From Deltaproteobacteria bacterium (GTDB taxonomy: Bacteria; Myxococcota; Kuafuiibacteriia; Kuafuiibacteriales; Kuafuiibacteriaceae), in the NCBI GenBank assembly GCA_040218735.1, contig JAVJQW010000008.1, positions 320,001 to 384,000 on the forward strand: a stretch of DNA of 64,000 nt, read 5' to 3'. The notes below the pieces were generated by a model. That model was not told the DNA's origin. It saw only the letters and a list, made by a program, of their open reading frames with translations, and made no database searches. Made by a program: the position numbers and the translations under genes. Below are positions 31,692 to 41,400 of this stretch, one piece after another; the stretch's first letter is position 1; each line of letters starts with the position of its first letter.

Positions 31692-32972
31692 GTGCACCGC
31701 TTCGGCGAGTACGACGTCCTTGCGAAGCTCAGCGCATCGGGGCCGTCCGCCGTCTACCTCGTCCGCAAGCGCGGCGCTGGGCGGTTCGCCCACGTCGCTT
31801 GCCTCGAGACGTTCCGGCTCCCCACCACCGACGGGCTGGAAGCGCTGGAGGCGTTCGTCGAGGAGGCGACGTTTGCGACGCAGCTTCGCCACGAAGGCTG
31901 CATCCGCGTGCACGACGTCGGCACGAACGACGGGATCTCGTACATCGCGATGGAGCTCGTGGTCGGCGAGACGCTCGACGACCTCCTGCGGCGCGCACGC
32001 GCGGCGCGGACGCCGGTGCCGTTCGAGATCGTCGCGGGCATCGCGGCGCGGATCGCGGACGCGCTCCACTACGCGCACAACACGACGGACGCTTCGGGCG
32101 CGCGGCTCGACGTCGTACACCGGAACCTCGCTCCGTCGAACGTGATGCTGAGCTACGAGGGCGCCGTGAAGGTGCTCGAGTTTGGTGTCGCGCGGATCGC
32201 GGACCACATCGCGACGGTGACCGGATCGCCCGCGGGGCGCCCCGCGTACATGGCGCCGGAGCAGCTGCAGGGGAGGCCGGTCGACCATCGCGCGGACATC
32301 TTTGCGCTCGGGGTGATGCTCCACGAAGCCTTCGCGAACCACGCGCGCTACGAAGGCATCCCGACGCACGCGCTCGCGCTGAAGACGTACGAGGCGCCGC
32401 CGCCGATCCGCGCGCTCGTCCCCGAGCTCCCCGAGCCGTTGGCGCAAATCACCGAGCGTGCGCTCGCGTCCGATCTTCGTGAGCGGTACGCCGACGCGGA
32501 CGCGCTCGCGAACGATCTTCACGTCTACCTCGCGGAGGTTTCGTATCGCGACGTCACCGACGAGCTGAGTCGCTATCTGCGCGAGGTGTACGGCCACCAC
32601 GCGAGCCGAAAGATGCAGGCCATCCAGGCGTTGATCGCGGGCGAAGAGGACTTGGACGCGTTGCGGAAGGTGTTCGGCGCGACCCGTCCGACGAAGCTCG
32701 ACTTCCCCGACTTCACGGATCCGCTCGGGCTGGACGAGGCGCCCGTGGCGGCGACGGTGAAGGCGCCGGCTCCGGTGCTCGACGAGTTCGACGACGAGAC
32801 GCTGGCGCTGCCCATTCAGGATCGTGCGTCGACCGTCGGGACCCGGCGAACCGCACCGAGTCCGGCGGCGCGGGCCCCGCGTTCTTCGACGGTGGGGATC
32901 GTGCTCGCGATCGTGATTGGTGTCGGGGTCGGGGTCGCGATCAGCCTGCTGCTGACCGGGCGTTTTGGTTAA
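31692..32972 (+). CDS. Hanks-type Ser/Thr kinase-like protein, probable pseudokinase, with C-terminal TM helix
   Basis: Kinase fold motifs YMAPEQ and ADIFALG are present, but HRN replaces HRD and EFG replaces DFG. Confidence 0.82.
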   Translation: MHRFGEYDVLAKLSASGPSAVYLVRKRGAGRFAHVACLETFRLPTTDGLEALEAFVEEATFATQLRHEGCIRVHDVGTNDGISYIAMELVVGETLDDLLRRARAARTPVPFEIVAGIAARIADALHYAHNTTDASGARLDVVHRNLAPSNVMLSYEGAVKVLEFGVARIADHIATVTGSPAGRPAYMAPEQLQGRPVDHRADIFALGVMLHEAFANHARYEGIPTHALALKTYEAPPPIRALVPELPEPLAQITERALASDLRERYADADALANDLHVYLAEVSYRDVTDELSRYLREVYGHHASRKMQAIQALIAGEEDLDALRKVFGATRPTKLDFPDFTDPLGLDEAPVAATVKAPAPVLDEFDDETLALPIQDRASTVGTRRTAPSPAARAPRSSTVGIVLAIVIGVGVGVAISLLLTGRFG

Positions 32973-34597
32973 GCCACGACGGCGAGCTTCGCGCGCTTCT
33001 TCCGCTTCTTCTCGACCTTGTCCCACTGCATCGACAGGCGCTTCGACGTCGCCATCGCGGCTTCCGGATCCGCGAAGAGGCGGTAGTTGGCTTCCTTGTT
33101 CCGCGAGTTGAAGCGGCCGAGGAAGTTCGCGAAGTGGTGGGCGTCGAGCATGTACAGCATCGAGCCCGTCTCCGCGCGCAGGTTCTTGTTCAGGTAGAGC
33201 TTGAGGACGTCCTTGAGGAACCGGCGGTTCGGGATGTCGCGCTCGCGGATCTGTGCGGTGACCTTCGCGGCCATGAACAGGCGCTCGGACATCGGCGCGC
33301 CTTCGATCGGGTTGTTGCGCCACCAGTCTTCGAGCCGGGAGAGGACGGCGTCCGGTCCGTAGGCTTGCTCATAGATCCAGACGTAGCCGTCCATGAGTTG
33401 GTCGGGCGTCATCTGCTTGGGTTGGAAGACGACGTGGCGTGTGTCGTAGAGATCCCACCGCTCGTGGAAGAGGCGGCCTTCGGCCTTGGTGTCGTCGAAG
33501 AGGCCCGTGCCCGGCATCGGCGTGAGGATGCTGAAGAACGGGTACATGATGTTGTAGCGGTCGATGAATTCGAGGGTGTCGCGGAAGACGCGCAAGTCAT
33601 CCGTGTCGAAACCCACGATGAAATTACCCACCGTCTTGATTCCGCGTGCGCGAATCGCATCGACCGCTTCTTGATAAGTCATGCAGAAATTCACCGACTT
33701 ATCCATGTCCTGCAGGGTGGCTTCGGTGACGGATTCGAAGCCGATGATCAGGACGGTGCATCCGGCGTCGCGGAAGAGGTCGAGCATCTGATCGTCACGC
33801 GCGACGTTGAGCGTCGTCTCCGCAGACCAGTCCGGGAGCTCCCCCGCGCGACGCATCTTCACGAGGTCTTCGAGGAGGCGCTTGGTGTACGCCGGTTTGC
33901 TGATGAAGTTGTCGTCTACGACGTAGAGCGGGCGCGAACGTTGGATGGGCCCGCGGCCGAGCGGGATGTCGCGGATCTCCTGCACGATGTTCGCTTCCGG
34001 CTTGCAGCGGAACGCTTGCCCGGAGATGTCGGGAACGCTGCAGAAGCGGCACATGAACGGGCAGCCCCGTGTGGTCTGGAGCTGCTGGTAGAAGTAGCGC
34101 GACGGGTCCATCCCGCGCCACGACACGGACGGGATGTTGCTCATCTCGGGGAAGCCGTCGGCCTTGTAGAGCTGCTTGCCCTTGCCTTGCTCGAGGTCGG
34201 CGAGGACGCGCGGCCAGATCTCTTCGGCTTCGCCGTCGACGACGATGTCGCAGTGCTGGAGGGCTTCGTCGGGTCTGAGCGACGCGTGGATGCCGCCGAG
34301 CACGACGGTCTTGCCGCGGCGGCGGAACTCGTCGGCGACTTGGTACGTGCGCGTGATGCAAGACGTCTTGCCGGAGAGCGCGACGATGTCGGCGTCGGTG
34401 TCGTAGTCGATGCGCTCGAGGTACTCGTCGGTGAAGCGGATGTCGTGGTGCGACGGCGTGACGGTTGCGACGGTTTGAAGGCCGAGGTCCATGAAGGCGC
34501 GGTCGAAGCCGAGCACACGGAGCATGAGGTCGAGCTCGTAGAGCTCGCGTTCGGTGGGATCGGCGTTCTTGCGCGTGGCGACGAAGTGAATCTTCAC
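32969..34597 (-). CDS. B12-binding domain radical SAM protein
   Basis: VVLGGIHAS, GEAE, TRGCPFMCRFC, DDNF, IGFES, TPMPGT. GTG start at 34597. Confidence 0.88.
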   Translation of the reverse strand: MKIHFVATRKNADPTERELYELDLMLRVLGFDRAFMDLGLQTVATVTPSHHDIRFTDEYLERIDYDTDADIVALSGKTSCITRTYQVADEFRRRGKTVVLGGIHASLRPDEALQHCDIVVDGEAEEIWPRVLADLEQGKGKQLYKADGFPEMSNIPSVSWRGMDPSRYFYQQLQTTRGCPFMCRFCSVPDISGQAFRCKPEANIVQEIRDIPLGRGPIQRSRPLYVVDDNFISKPAYTKRLLEDLVKMRRAGELPDWSAETTLNVARDDQMLDLFRDAGCTVLIIGFESVTEATLQDMDKSVNFCMTYQEAVDAIRARGIKTVGNFIVGFDTDDLRVFRDTLEFIDRYNIMYPFFSILTPMPGTGLFDDTKAEGRLFHERWDLYDTRHVVFQPKQMTPDQLMDGYVWIYEQAYGPDAVLSRLEDWWRNNPIEGAPMSERLFMAAKVTAQIRERDIPNRRFLKDVLKLYLNKNLRAETGSMLYMLDAHHFANFLGRFNSRNKEANYRLFADPEAAMATSKRLSMQWDKVEKKRKKRAKLAVVA

Positions 34598-34638
34598 GGT
34601 GGCTCCGAGCCGGCGCAGCCTAACACCGATGCTGAAGA

Positions 34639-35295
34639 TCAGTACGCGCGGCGGCAGGGATCGGATCCGGTGACGAGGGCGCGCCAGAGCCTCTGGTAGG
34701 TCGCCTTGAGGGTCGTCTTGGTCGTTCCGCGTTCGAGGTGCCAGGTGAGCAGATCCGGATCGAGCGCGGCGAGGATCATCTCGGTGGCGGCGACGGTGTC
34801 GAGCGGTGGGATCTCGTCGTTCTTCACGGCGCGCTCGAGGTAGCGGCCGATGGCGTCGCGTTGCCAGACATGCGCCGGGTGGTCGTACCGTTTGGCGCCG
34901 CCGCGTTCGAACGCGAGCGCTTCGGACAGGAGCGAAGCGTTGTCCGTCGCGAAGTCGAAGAGGGCGTCGATCAGGTGGGCGAGATGGACGAGGTTCGGGG
35001 CGTCGTGCGGGATGCCGAACCCGGCGAGGACCTCGTTCTGCAGGCGGATCGCGTCCTCGTGGAGGAGCGCGCGGCAGAGCGAGGCGCGGTCTTCGAAGCG
35101 GCGGTAGACCGTGCCCTTGCCGACGCCGGCCGTCTTCGCGACCTCGTCCATGCATATCTTCTGGATGGGGCGCGTCTTGAGGAGAGTGCGGGCGGCCTCG
35201 AGGATCTTCTGGCGGTTGCGGGCGGCGTCCTTGCGCTCTGCAACCGGTGCGGGCTGCCCCAAGATCTCCAGCTTGACCGACTTCTTCAGCACCAC
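34639..35295 (-). CDS. TetR/AcrR family transcriptional regulator
   Basis: RKDAARNRQKILEAA...VAKTAGVGKGTVYRRF. Confidence 0.92.
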   Translation of the reverse strand: MVLKKSVKLEILGQPAPVAERKDAARNRQKILEAARTLLKTRPIQKICMDEVAKTAGVGKGTVYRRFEDRASLCRALLHEDAIRLQNEVLAGFGIPHDAPNLVHLAHLIDALFDFATDNASLLSEALAFERGGAKRYDHPAHVWQRDAIGRYLERAVKNDEIPPLDTVAATEMILAALDPDLLTWHLERGTTKTTLKATYQRLWRALVTGSDPCRRAY

Positions 35296-35338
35296 GACGC
35301 CCGTGCTCCGACGGCAGTGTACCCGAAAACGAAGGGAC

Positions 35339-35368
35339 TTGACATAAACGGACTATAGTCCGTATTAG
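35339..35368 (+). promoter_or_regulatory. yceI promoter with overlapping palindromic operator
   Basis: TTGACA at 35339. Perfect 16-bp palindrome ACGGACTATAGTCCGT at 35348-35363. Confidence 0.75.
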
Positions 35369-35375
35369 ATCCAAC

Positions 35376-35969
35376 ATGAACAGAACAGCCGCCTTCACGG
35401 GCACTCTCCTCATCGGTTTGGTCGGTTCGGCGCCGGCGTTCGCGGACACGTGGGCGCTCGACACGAGCCACAGTCACGTCGGCTTCTCGGTCGCGCACCT
35501 CGTGGTGACGAAGGCCAAGGGCCAGTTCAACAAGTTCTCCGGGACGGTTCAGATCGACGACAAGGACATCACGAAGTCGACGGTGAATGTGGAGATCGAC
35601 GCCGCGTCGATCGACACAAACGACGAGAAGCGCGACGGGCACCTCAAGAGCCCGGACTTCTTCAACGTCGCGAAGCACCCGAAGCTCACGTTCGTCTCGA
35701 CGAAGGTGAAGAAGGCGGGGAAGGGCAAGCTCACGGTGCTCGGCAACCTGACGATCGCCGGAACGACGAAGCCGGTGACGCTCACCGTCGAGGGGCCGTC
35801 GAAAGCGGTGAAGGATCCGTGGGGCAACACCCGGCGTGCGTTGAGCGCGACGACGAAGATCAACCGCGAGGACTTCGGCATGACCTGGAACAAGGCGCTC
35901 GAGGCCGGCGGTATGGTCGTCGGAAAAGAAGTGACGATTCAGATCGAAGCCGAGCTCATCAAGAAGTAA
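35376..35969 (+). CDS. YceI family polyisoprenoid-binding periplasmic protein
   Basis: Motifs DTSHSHVGF, SIDTNDEKRDGHLKSPDFF, DPWGN, INREDFG. Confidence 0.92.
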   Translation: MNRTAAFTGTLLIGLVGSAPAFADTWALDTSHSHVGFSVAHLVVTKAKGQFNKFSGTVQIDDKDITKSTVNVEIDAASIDTNDEKRDGHLKSPDFFNVAKHPKLTFVSTKVKKAGKGKLTVLGNLTIAGTTKPVTLTVEGPSKAVKDPWGNTRRALSATTKINREDFGMTWNKALEAGGMVVGKEVTIQIEAELIKK

Positions 35970-35970
35970 C

Positions 35971-36810
35971 TCACCAACGCACGGGGTTGGTGGTGGCGCC
36001 GTACCACCGACCCCCGATCTGCGTCGTGACGTCGTCGAAGTCGTTCGCGGGGTCCATCTCGATCTGAAAGCCGTCGGCGGTCAGACCGTAGAGGCGATCG
36101 TTGGCGAACCCGAGCGCCCAGACGTTGTCGTGCGGGAGGTCGCGGATGAACTCTGATTCCCCGGACATTGGGTCCAGGCGATAGAGCGCGTCGCCCGGCG
36201 TGGGCGTGGCGATGGTGACGTAGAGGAAGCCGTCGGGGAGGGCGACGATGTCCCCCGAAGTCCGAAGGCCTGCGGCGCTGTCGTAGCGTTGGAGGAGGCG
36301 GCCGTCGACGGGATCGACGACGATGAGATCGCTGCCTCCGACGACGAGTCGTCCGTCCGGCGTGAAGCCGAGCCCGGTCGGCGCCGTACTCACCGAGAAT
36401 TGATAGGTGAGGTCGGCGGTTTCGGGATCGACGACGTAGATATTGCTGGCGAAGTCACCCGCGTAGAGCCTGCCGTTCGCGTCGATCGCGATATCGGTGA
36501 TCGAGTTGATCACGCCGAGGAACGGACCGATGAGTGTGCGCGTTCCGGTGGTCGCGTCGAACGCGAACAGGTTGCTGTCGTCGTGCAGGTACATGACCTC
36601 GGTGGCGGGCGGCACCCCGGAGTCGAAGAACCCACCGTCGCGGAAGCCGCCGTCGCGAGGAGAGCCTGCGTCACGGGGGACACCGCCGTCGCGGAACCCG
36701 GCGTCCGGGAAGCCGGCGTCCGGCAGCGCGAGCCGCGTGAGCTCCAGCGTCTCGGCGACGCACGCGGTGCTCAGGGCGGCCGCGAACACGGCGACGGTGG
36801 ACAGCCTCAC
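35971..36810 (-). CDS. Lipoprotein with DAG/DGG linker and beta-propeller
   Basis: Lipobox STAC. PDAGFPDAGFRDGG repeats. Blade-like TDIAID, GLGFTPDG, GDIVALPDG. Confidence 0.7.
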   Translation of the reverse strand: MRLSTVAVFAAALSTACVAETLELTRLALPDAGFPDAGFRDGGVPRDAGSPRDGGFRDGGFFDSGVPPATEVMYLHDDSNLFAFDATTGTRTLIGPFLGVINSITDIAIDANGRLYAGDFASNIYVVDPETADLTYQFSVSTAPTGLGFTPDGRLVVGGSDLIVVDPVDGRLLQRYDSAAGLRTSGDIVALPDGFLYVTIATPTPGDALYRLDPMSGESEFIRDLPHDNVWALGFANDRLYGLTADGFQIEMDPANDFDDVTTQIGGRWYGATTNPVRW

Positions 36811-36851
36811 GTACGACACTATTCGCGAGGCGGACGCTTGGGCGCAACGAA

Positions 36852-37127
36852 TCATCCCGTGGGGCGCACGGCGAAGCCGGTCAGGCCCGTCGCCGGCACG
36901 TCCGACGGCTCCACGTTCGTGACATCCGCGTACCGCGGGCCGTCCGCGCACTCCGCCACGAGCTGGTCCACCGCCCGCAGGTCGCCCTCGACGAGGATCT
37001 CGACCCGCCCGTCGTAGAGGTTCCGCACCCACCCCGCCAGCGCGAGCGCTGCGGCGCGCCGTCGCGTCCACTGCCGATAGCCGACGCCTTGCACGATACC
37101 GGAGACGAGGATGCGCGTGGCCCGCAT
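36852..37127 (-). CDS. acyP: Acylphosphatase
   Basis: Motifs VSGIVQGVGYR, GWVRNLYDGRVE, GP. Confidence 0.92.
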   Translation of the reverse strand: MRATRILVSGIVQGVGYRQWTRRRAAALALAGWVRNLYDGRVEILVEGDLRAVDQLVAECADGPRYADVTNVEPSDVPATGLTGFAVRPTG

Positions 37128-37203
37128 GGCAGCCCCAGCGTAAGCGACGGGGCCGCCGCGATCTACGGTTCGCCGCCGCCCGGCGCCGTGGTAGGTCAGG
37201 CGC

Positions 37204-37300
37204 GGGAGCGCGTTCGCGGCTGGTGCGCGGCTCGGCCTTCAAAGCCGATGGGGTTCTTCGATCCGGAGGACTCGGCGGGTTCGATTCCCGTGCGCTCTCG
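37204..37300 (+). tRNA. selC: tRNA-Sec (TCA)
   Basis: 8-bp acceptor stem GGGAGCGC/GCGCTCTC, anticodon arm TCGGC-CTTCAAA-GCCGA, long variable arm, GGTTCGATTCC T-loop. Confidence 0.88.
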
Positions 37301-37696
37301 TATCTCGCCTCCGGCGAGAGACGAGTGCGCACGGGCTTCGGGCCTAGGACGCTCGGCAAGCCGAGCGGCCGGCGGCTCGATTCCGCGGTCGCCGGTGGCT
37401 TCGATTGATGTGGCAGTCCGGAGGCCATCGAGCGCGCACGCGACTCGGCCACTCGACTTCGCCGTCGGCTCGTCTTGTCCGTGGTCGATTCCCGTGCGCT
37501 CTCTTATCTCGCCTGTCGCGAGAGACGAGTGCGCACGGGCTTCGGGCCTAGGACGCCCGGCAAGCCGAGCGGCCGGCGGCTCGATTCCGCGGTCGCCGGT
37601 GGCTTCGATGGGATGTGGCATTCCGGAGGGCATCGAGTGCGCACGCGACTCGGCCAATCGACTTCGCCTTCGGCTCGCCTTGTCCGTGGTCGATTC
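37281..37696 (+). repeat. Tandem repeat of about 204 bp (2 copies plus a stub), each beginning with the tRNA-Sec 3' end
   Basis: TCGATTCCCGTGCGCTCTC at 37281 and 37485, TCGATTC at 37690. Units are highly similar along their whole length. Confidence 0.92.
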
Positions 37697-37750
37697 GGCC
37701 GTCACCGGTGACTTGTGTGCTGAATCCTCCGCTCCTACGCTGGGGAAGCG

Positions 37751-40700
37751 TTGAAGAAGTCGAGGTGTGTCGCGCTCGCTTTCTTGGTGGCGGCAGCTGC
37801 AGGGTGCGCAGACGAGGCCGGCTCCTTCGAGCTGACCCTCGGGTGGGCCGGCGGAGTCGCTCCGGAACTGCCTCAGGCGGTGCATGTCCAGGCCCGGATA
37901 CTCGATTCGAACGACCAGATCGTGGCGAACTCTCCGAACGTCCCGTACCGCTCCGGGGTCGAGCTTGCGTTCGAGCGGGTGCCGTACGATCGGAGGTTGA
38001 TCGCCGTGGTCGAGATTCGCGCGGCGGCCGCTGACACTTCCCAGGTACTCTACCACGCCCGATCGAACCCATTCGTCTTGCAAGTTGGAACTCAGACGAC
38101 GGTGAACGTTCTGTTCGATTTGACTCCAGGCCCGGGCGTTGTAGACCCCGTCGCGATCTCTATTCCACGTCGGGTTCGCAGCGGGACGGTCGACCTCGAA
38201 GTGTCACCTGGCGACGCATCTCGCGTGATGCTCTCCAACTCATCCGCCTTCAACTCGGCCCGAGTTGTGGACCTCGTTTCGGGCGAGTCTTTGCAGACCG
38301 TACGGTGGGATCTCAACGACGGCCTTCCTTCGGACCTGCCGTGCATCTCAGAGCCCTCGGATGTGTGCCCGCGCCGCGTCTACGCGAGCTTCGAAGATGA
38401 GTTTCAGAACCGATCGCTCACGGTGAGCGCAGAAACGACCCTCGACAACTTGCCCCCGACGATCGTCGATGGATCGACGTCGATTCAGCTGGTGCCTACC
38501 TCGTCTAGCGCACGCAACGACCCTTCCACGTCCAGCTACGCCGTTTCCGCCGTGCTTCGGTTCACCGCGTCCGAGCCGCTCGCCGTCGTTCCCGTCGTCC
38601 GGGCCCTGTCGGAGTCACAGACCGTCGTCCTCGAACGCACGAACGTGACCGCCAATACCCACACCTACCAGTGGACTCCCGCCCGAGATGTTGCAGAAGA
38701 CACCTACCGCTGCCAGGTCTTGCTTCGAGACTCGGCGGCCAACGAGAGCAGCGTCGACCTCGACGCATCCCACAACGTCATCGTCGACCAAACCGCGCCG
38801 GTCGCCCCGCGCGTCGAGGGCAACGGTGGACTCCGGTACATGCGGCGTCCGTGGGGCGACACCACGAGCGCGTCACCACGCTGGACTGTCGAAGGGGACG
38901 TCTCTTCCGTAGAACCCGGCGCTAAAGTCGAGATCGAACGCGTCGGCGTGGGCATCGTCGGTACGCAAGAAGCTCGCGCTGACGGGAGCGTCGGACCGAT
39001 CGTCCTTCAAGGCGCGGATTCCGCGTCAGTGCGAGCGCGGAGCGTCGATGCCGCCGGCTTGGCGAGCCCATGGGTCGAGATCCGTGACATCGCTTGGACC
39101 GCTACGATGAACGGAAAAATCCGCGGAAGCGGCGCGTCGAACCCGCATCGTATCGTGCACCTCGGCGGCGAGGTTCGTCAGTGCCTTTGGCACGCCAACG
39201 ATGGATTAGGCGGCACGGAACCCCTCCAGGCCGACCTCGACGGCCTCGGCCTCCAAGGAGATGCCCGTTCCTATGCCGTGCAGTCCGAACGAACGTGGTC
39301 CCTACGACGCCCGGCCGAGGTCTCCGGCCTCAGAGCGAACGCCGGCGTCGTCACGGCCTCGGAGCCGATTACCGGCCGACTTCTGCTCCACAGCGACCAC
39401 GATACGCCCGGCATCGATCAAGAATCGTGGTCATGGGACGGTGACATGTGGACCTTCCTCGGACGCGGTTCCGGGCCGCGGCACCGAGGCTTAGCCACCA
39501 TCGCCGTCGAGCCGAAGCGGGCACGGATCATCGTGTTCGGAGGCGGCGACATGACGTGGCAACATCTCGACGAGCTCTGGCGATGGGATGGACTCGTTTG
39601 GACGCAGCTCAACCCCCCCGTGTCACCGTCGCCGCGGTCCGACCCCACCATGGCGGGAAATCCGGCGACGGGGAACGTCGTCCTCTTCGGCGGACGCGAT
39701 GACACGTCCGATCTCGGCGACACCTGGATTTGGGATGGAGAGGGCTGGGAGCACCGAGCCGTCGTCGGCCCGACCGCCCGCTCACGCGTAGGCCTCGCGT
39801 ACGATGAGCCTACGCGGAAGGTCGTCCTCTTTGGAGGGGCCGCCGGCACCGACCTTCTCAACGATACGTGGGTCTGGGACGGTGAACGATGGACCGAAGT
39901 CAGCGTTCCCGCACCGCCAGACGCTGCGCGGGTTCCCATCATGGCTACGGACCCAGACACAGGGGGTGCCGTCCTATACGGCGACCGTGCTCATTGGCGC
40001 TTCGAGGGAAGTCACTGGCAGCTGATCGACGATCCCGTGACGAAGGGCCCGACGAACTATTCGGCAACCCTATCGGGTGCCCTGCGCACTGGGGGATTTC
40101 TGAGCTTCGACACCCGGCCCGGGTTGGGCTCGGGGCAGGTGTTCTCTGCCTTCCATGGTGACCGATTCAATTTCGGAAACAACCCGAACGAGCCTCTACT
40201 TGGCGCTCTCCTTGGCGATCCAGGCGAAGATGTACTGTTGTACAAACGCGATGCGGCCCAACTTAGGACCTGGCCGATCAATGGGCTGGGTTGGGGCGTA
40301 ATCAGGACGGTGAACGACCCGCCGCGAGAGGTCGCAACGGACCCGATGACACTGGAACTCATGGGTATCGACTGGGTGGACGCGCCGGGCGGATGTCAAC
40401 GAGAACAATCAGCGTATGGGTTCCCTTGGACGGTCGTCGTGCCGTCGGGTCCGCGACCGCCCGCGAACTGCGCGATCACATCGTTGCAAATGGCGCTCGA
40501 CGCTGGTCGAGGTCGCGTCATCGCGTTCGAGCCACCCGACCTCACCTGGGAGTGGGACGGTCTCGCGTGGCGCTCCGTTGTGACTTTGAATACCCCGACC
40601 GGGCAATATGTCCATGCGCCGTCGCTCGGCGGCCTTGTCGCGGTCGGTTCGGACGCGATCAAGAGATTCGACGGAAGCACCTGGATGACGGTCGGGCCGG

Positions 40701-41302
40701 GCGTGGCCGAGCCTGTGGTGTACGACAATCGGAGACACCGCCTCCAGACCCCGTCCGGTCTCGAGTTCGACGGTATGCAGTGGGTCCCCGGGCACACCGG
40801 GGCGCTCCCTCCGCTCTACTCACCGAGCGCCTTCGTGTTCGACCCGAGGACCGGTCGAACCCTTGCACACGGCGGGTACATTCGTACCGATATCACGCTC
40901 AATACCTATCTTCTTTCGGCTCCAGACCGCAGCTTCGCGAGCGTCCGCTGGGAGATCGATGCTCGGGGAACCGAGCTCCCCGTCGAGGCCCTTCGGGACG
41001 TCACGTTCGTCGTCAATGCTGGCGGTACGGGTGGCGGTGATGCGCAACCCGAGCACGGCTACGCCTTCGAAGTCTGGACCAACGGTCGCTACCTCGAGAT
41101 CGGTCGAAGTTCGGCGCCGGCGGACAGCGTCGCTCGCTCCGAGTTCAATTTTTCGCATGACGTGGACCGACGGGGTGCGCTGGGCGACGACGGTGTCATC
41201 TACGTCCGGCTCCGTTCGCTTGGAGCAGATCTCGGGTCCACACCAGCAAGACTCGACATCGACGCACTTCAGGTGGACGTGCGCTATGCGAGCGCGAACT
41301 AA
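37751..41302 (+). CDS. Large lipoprotein with Ig-like domains and Kelch-like (DTWxWDG) propeller
   Basis: Lipobox AAGC. Repeats LFGG...DTW(I/V)WDG..W. Confidence 0.8.
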   Translation: MKKSRCVALAFLVAAAAGCADEAGSFELTLGWAGGVAPELPQAVHVQARILDSNDQIVANSPNVPYRSGVELAFERVPYDRRLIAVVEIRAAAADTSQVLYHARSNPFVLQVGTQTTVNVLFDLTPGPGVVDPVAISIPRRVRSGTVDLEVSPGDASRVMLSNSSAFNSARVVDLVSGESLQTVRWDLNDGLPSDLPCISEPSDVCPRRVYASFEDEFQNRSLTVSAETTLDNLPPTIVDGSTSIQLVPTSSSARNDPSTSSYAVSAVLRFTASEPLAVVPVVRALSESQTVVLERTNVTANTHTYQWTPARDVAEDTYRCQVLLRDSAANESSVDLDASHNVIVDQTAPVAPRVEGNGGLRYMRRPWGDTTSASPRWTVEGDVSSVEPGAKVEIERVGVGIVGTQEARADGSVGPIVLQGADSASVRARSVDAAGLASPWVEIRDIAWTATMNGKIRGSGASNPHRIVHLGGEVRQCLWHANDGLGGTEPLQADLDGLGLQGDARSYAVQSERTWSLRRPAEVSGLRANAGVVTASEPITGRLLLHSDHDTPGIDQESWSWDGDMWTFLGRGSGPRHRGLATIAVEPKRARIIVFGGGDMTWQHLDELWRWDGLVWTQLNPPVSPSPRSDPTMAGNPATGNVVLFGGRDDTSDLGDTWIWDGEGWEHRAVVGPTARSRVGLAYDEPTRKVVLFGGAAGTDLLNDTWVWDGERWTEVSVPAPPDAARVPIMATDPDTGGAVLYGDRAHWRFEGSHWQLIDDPVTKGPTNYSATLSGALRTGGFLSFDTRPGLGSGQVFSAFHGDRFNFGNNPNEPLLGALLGDPGEDVLLYKRDAAQLRTWPINGLGWGVIRTVNDPPREVATDPMTLELMGIDWVDAPGGCQREQSAYGFPWTVVVPSGPRPPANCAITSLQMALDAGRGRVIAFEPPDLTWEWDGLAWRSVVTLNTPTGQYVHAPSLGGLVAVGSDAIKRFDGSTWMTVGPGVAEPVVYDNRRHRLQTPSGLEFDGMQWVPGHTGALPPLYSPSAFVFDPRTGRTLAHGGYIRTDITLNTYLLSAPDRSFASVRWEIDARGTELPVEALRDVTFVVNAGGTGGGDAQPEHGYAFEVWTNGRYLEIGRSSAPADSVARSEFNFSHDVDRRGALGDDGVIYVRLRSLGADLGSTPARLDIDALQVDVRYASAN

Positions 41303-41400
41303 CACTCGCCGAAACGGTCGGCGCCGTGACGCTGCACCCCGACGGACACGAGACCGGTCGGCGTTGGCGGGGCTCGAGGAGCTCGGGTGAGGCCGACTGG

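Noticed and set aside
31332-33323. 663-aa ORF ending in DUF1272
   Set aside because: Only the last 87 aa are meaningful; the rest is antisense to the pseudokinase.
32969-35464. 831-aa radical SAM protein with long N-terminal extension
   Set aside because: The extension is an alternative frame over the tetR gene; the real start is about 34597.
37204-37300. Local selenoprotein or selA/selB cluster
   Set aside because: No selA/selB/selD and no convincing in-frame TGA readthrough were seen in this window.
37281-37696. Possible CRISPR array
   Set aside because: Units are about 204 bp and similar along their whole length, with no unique spacers and no cas genes.
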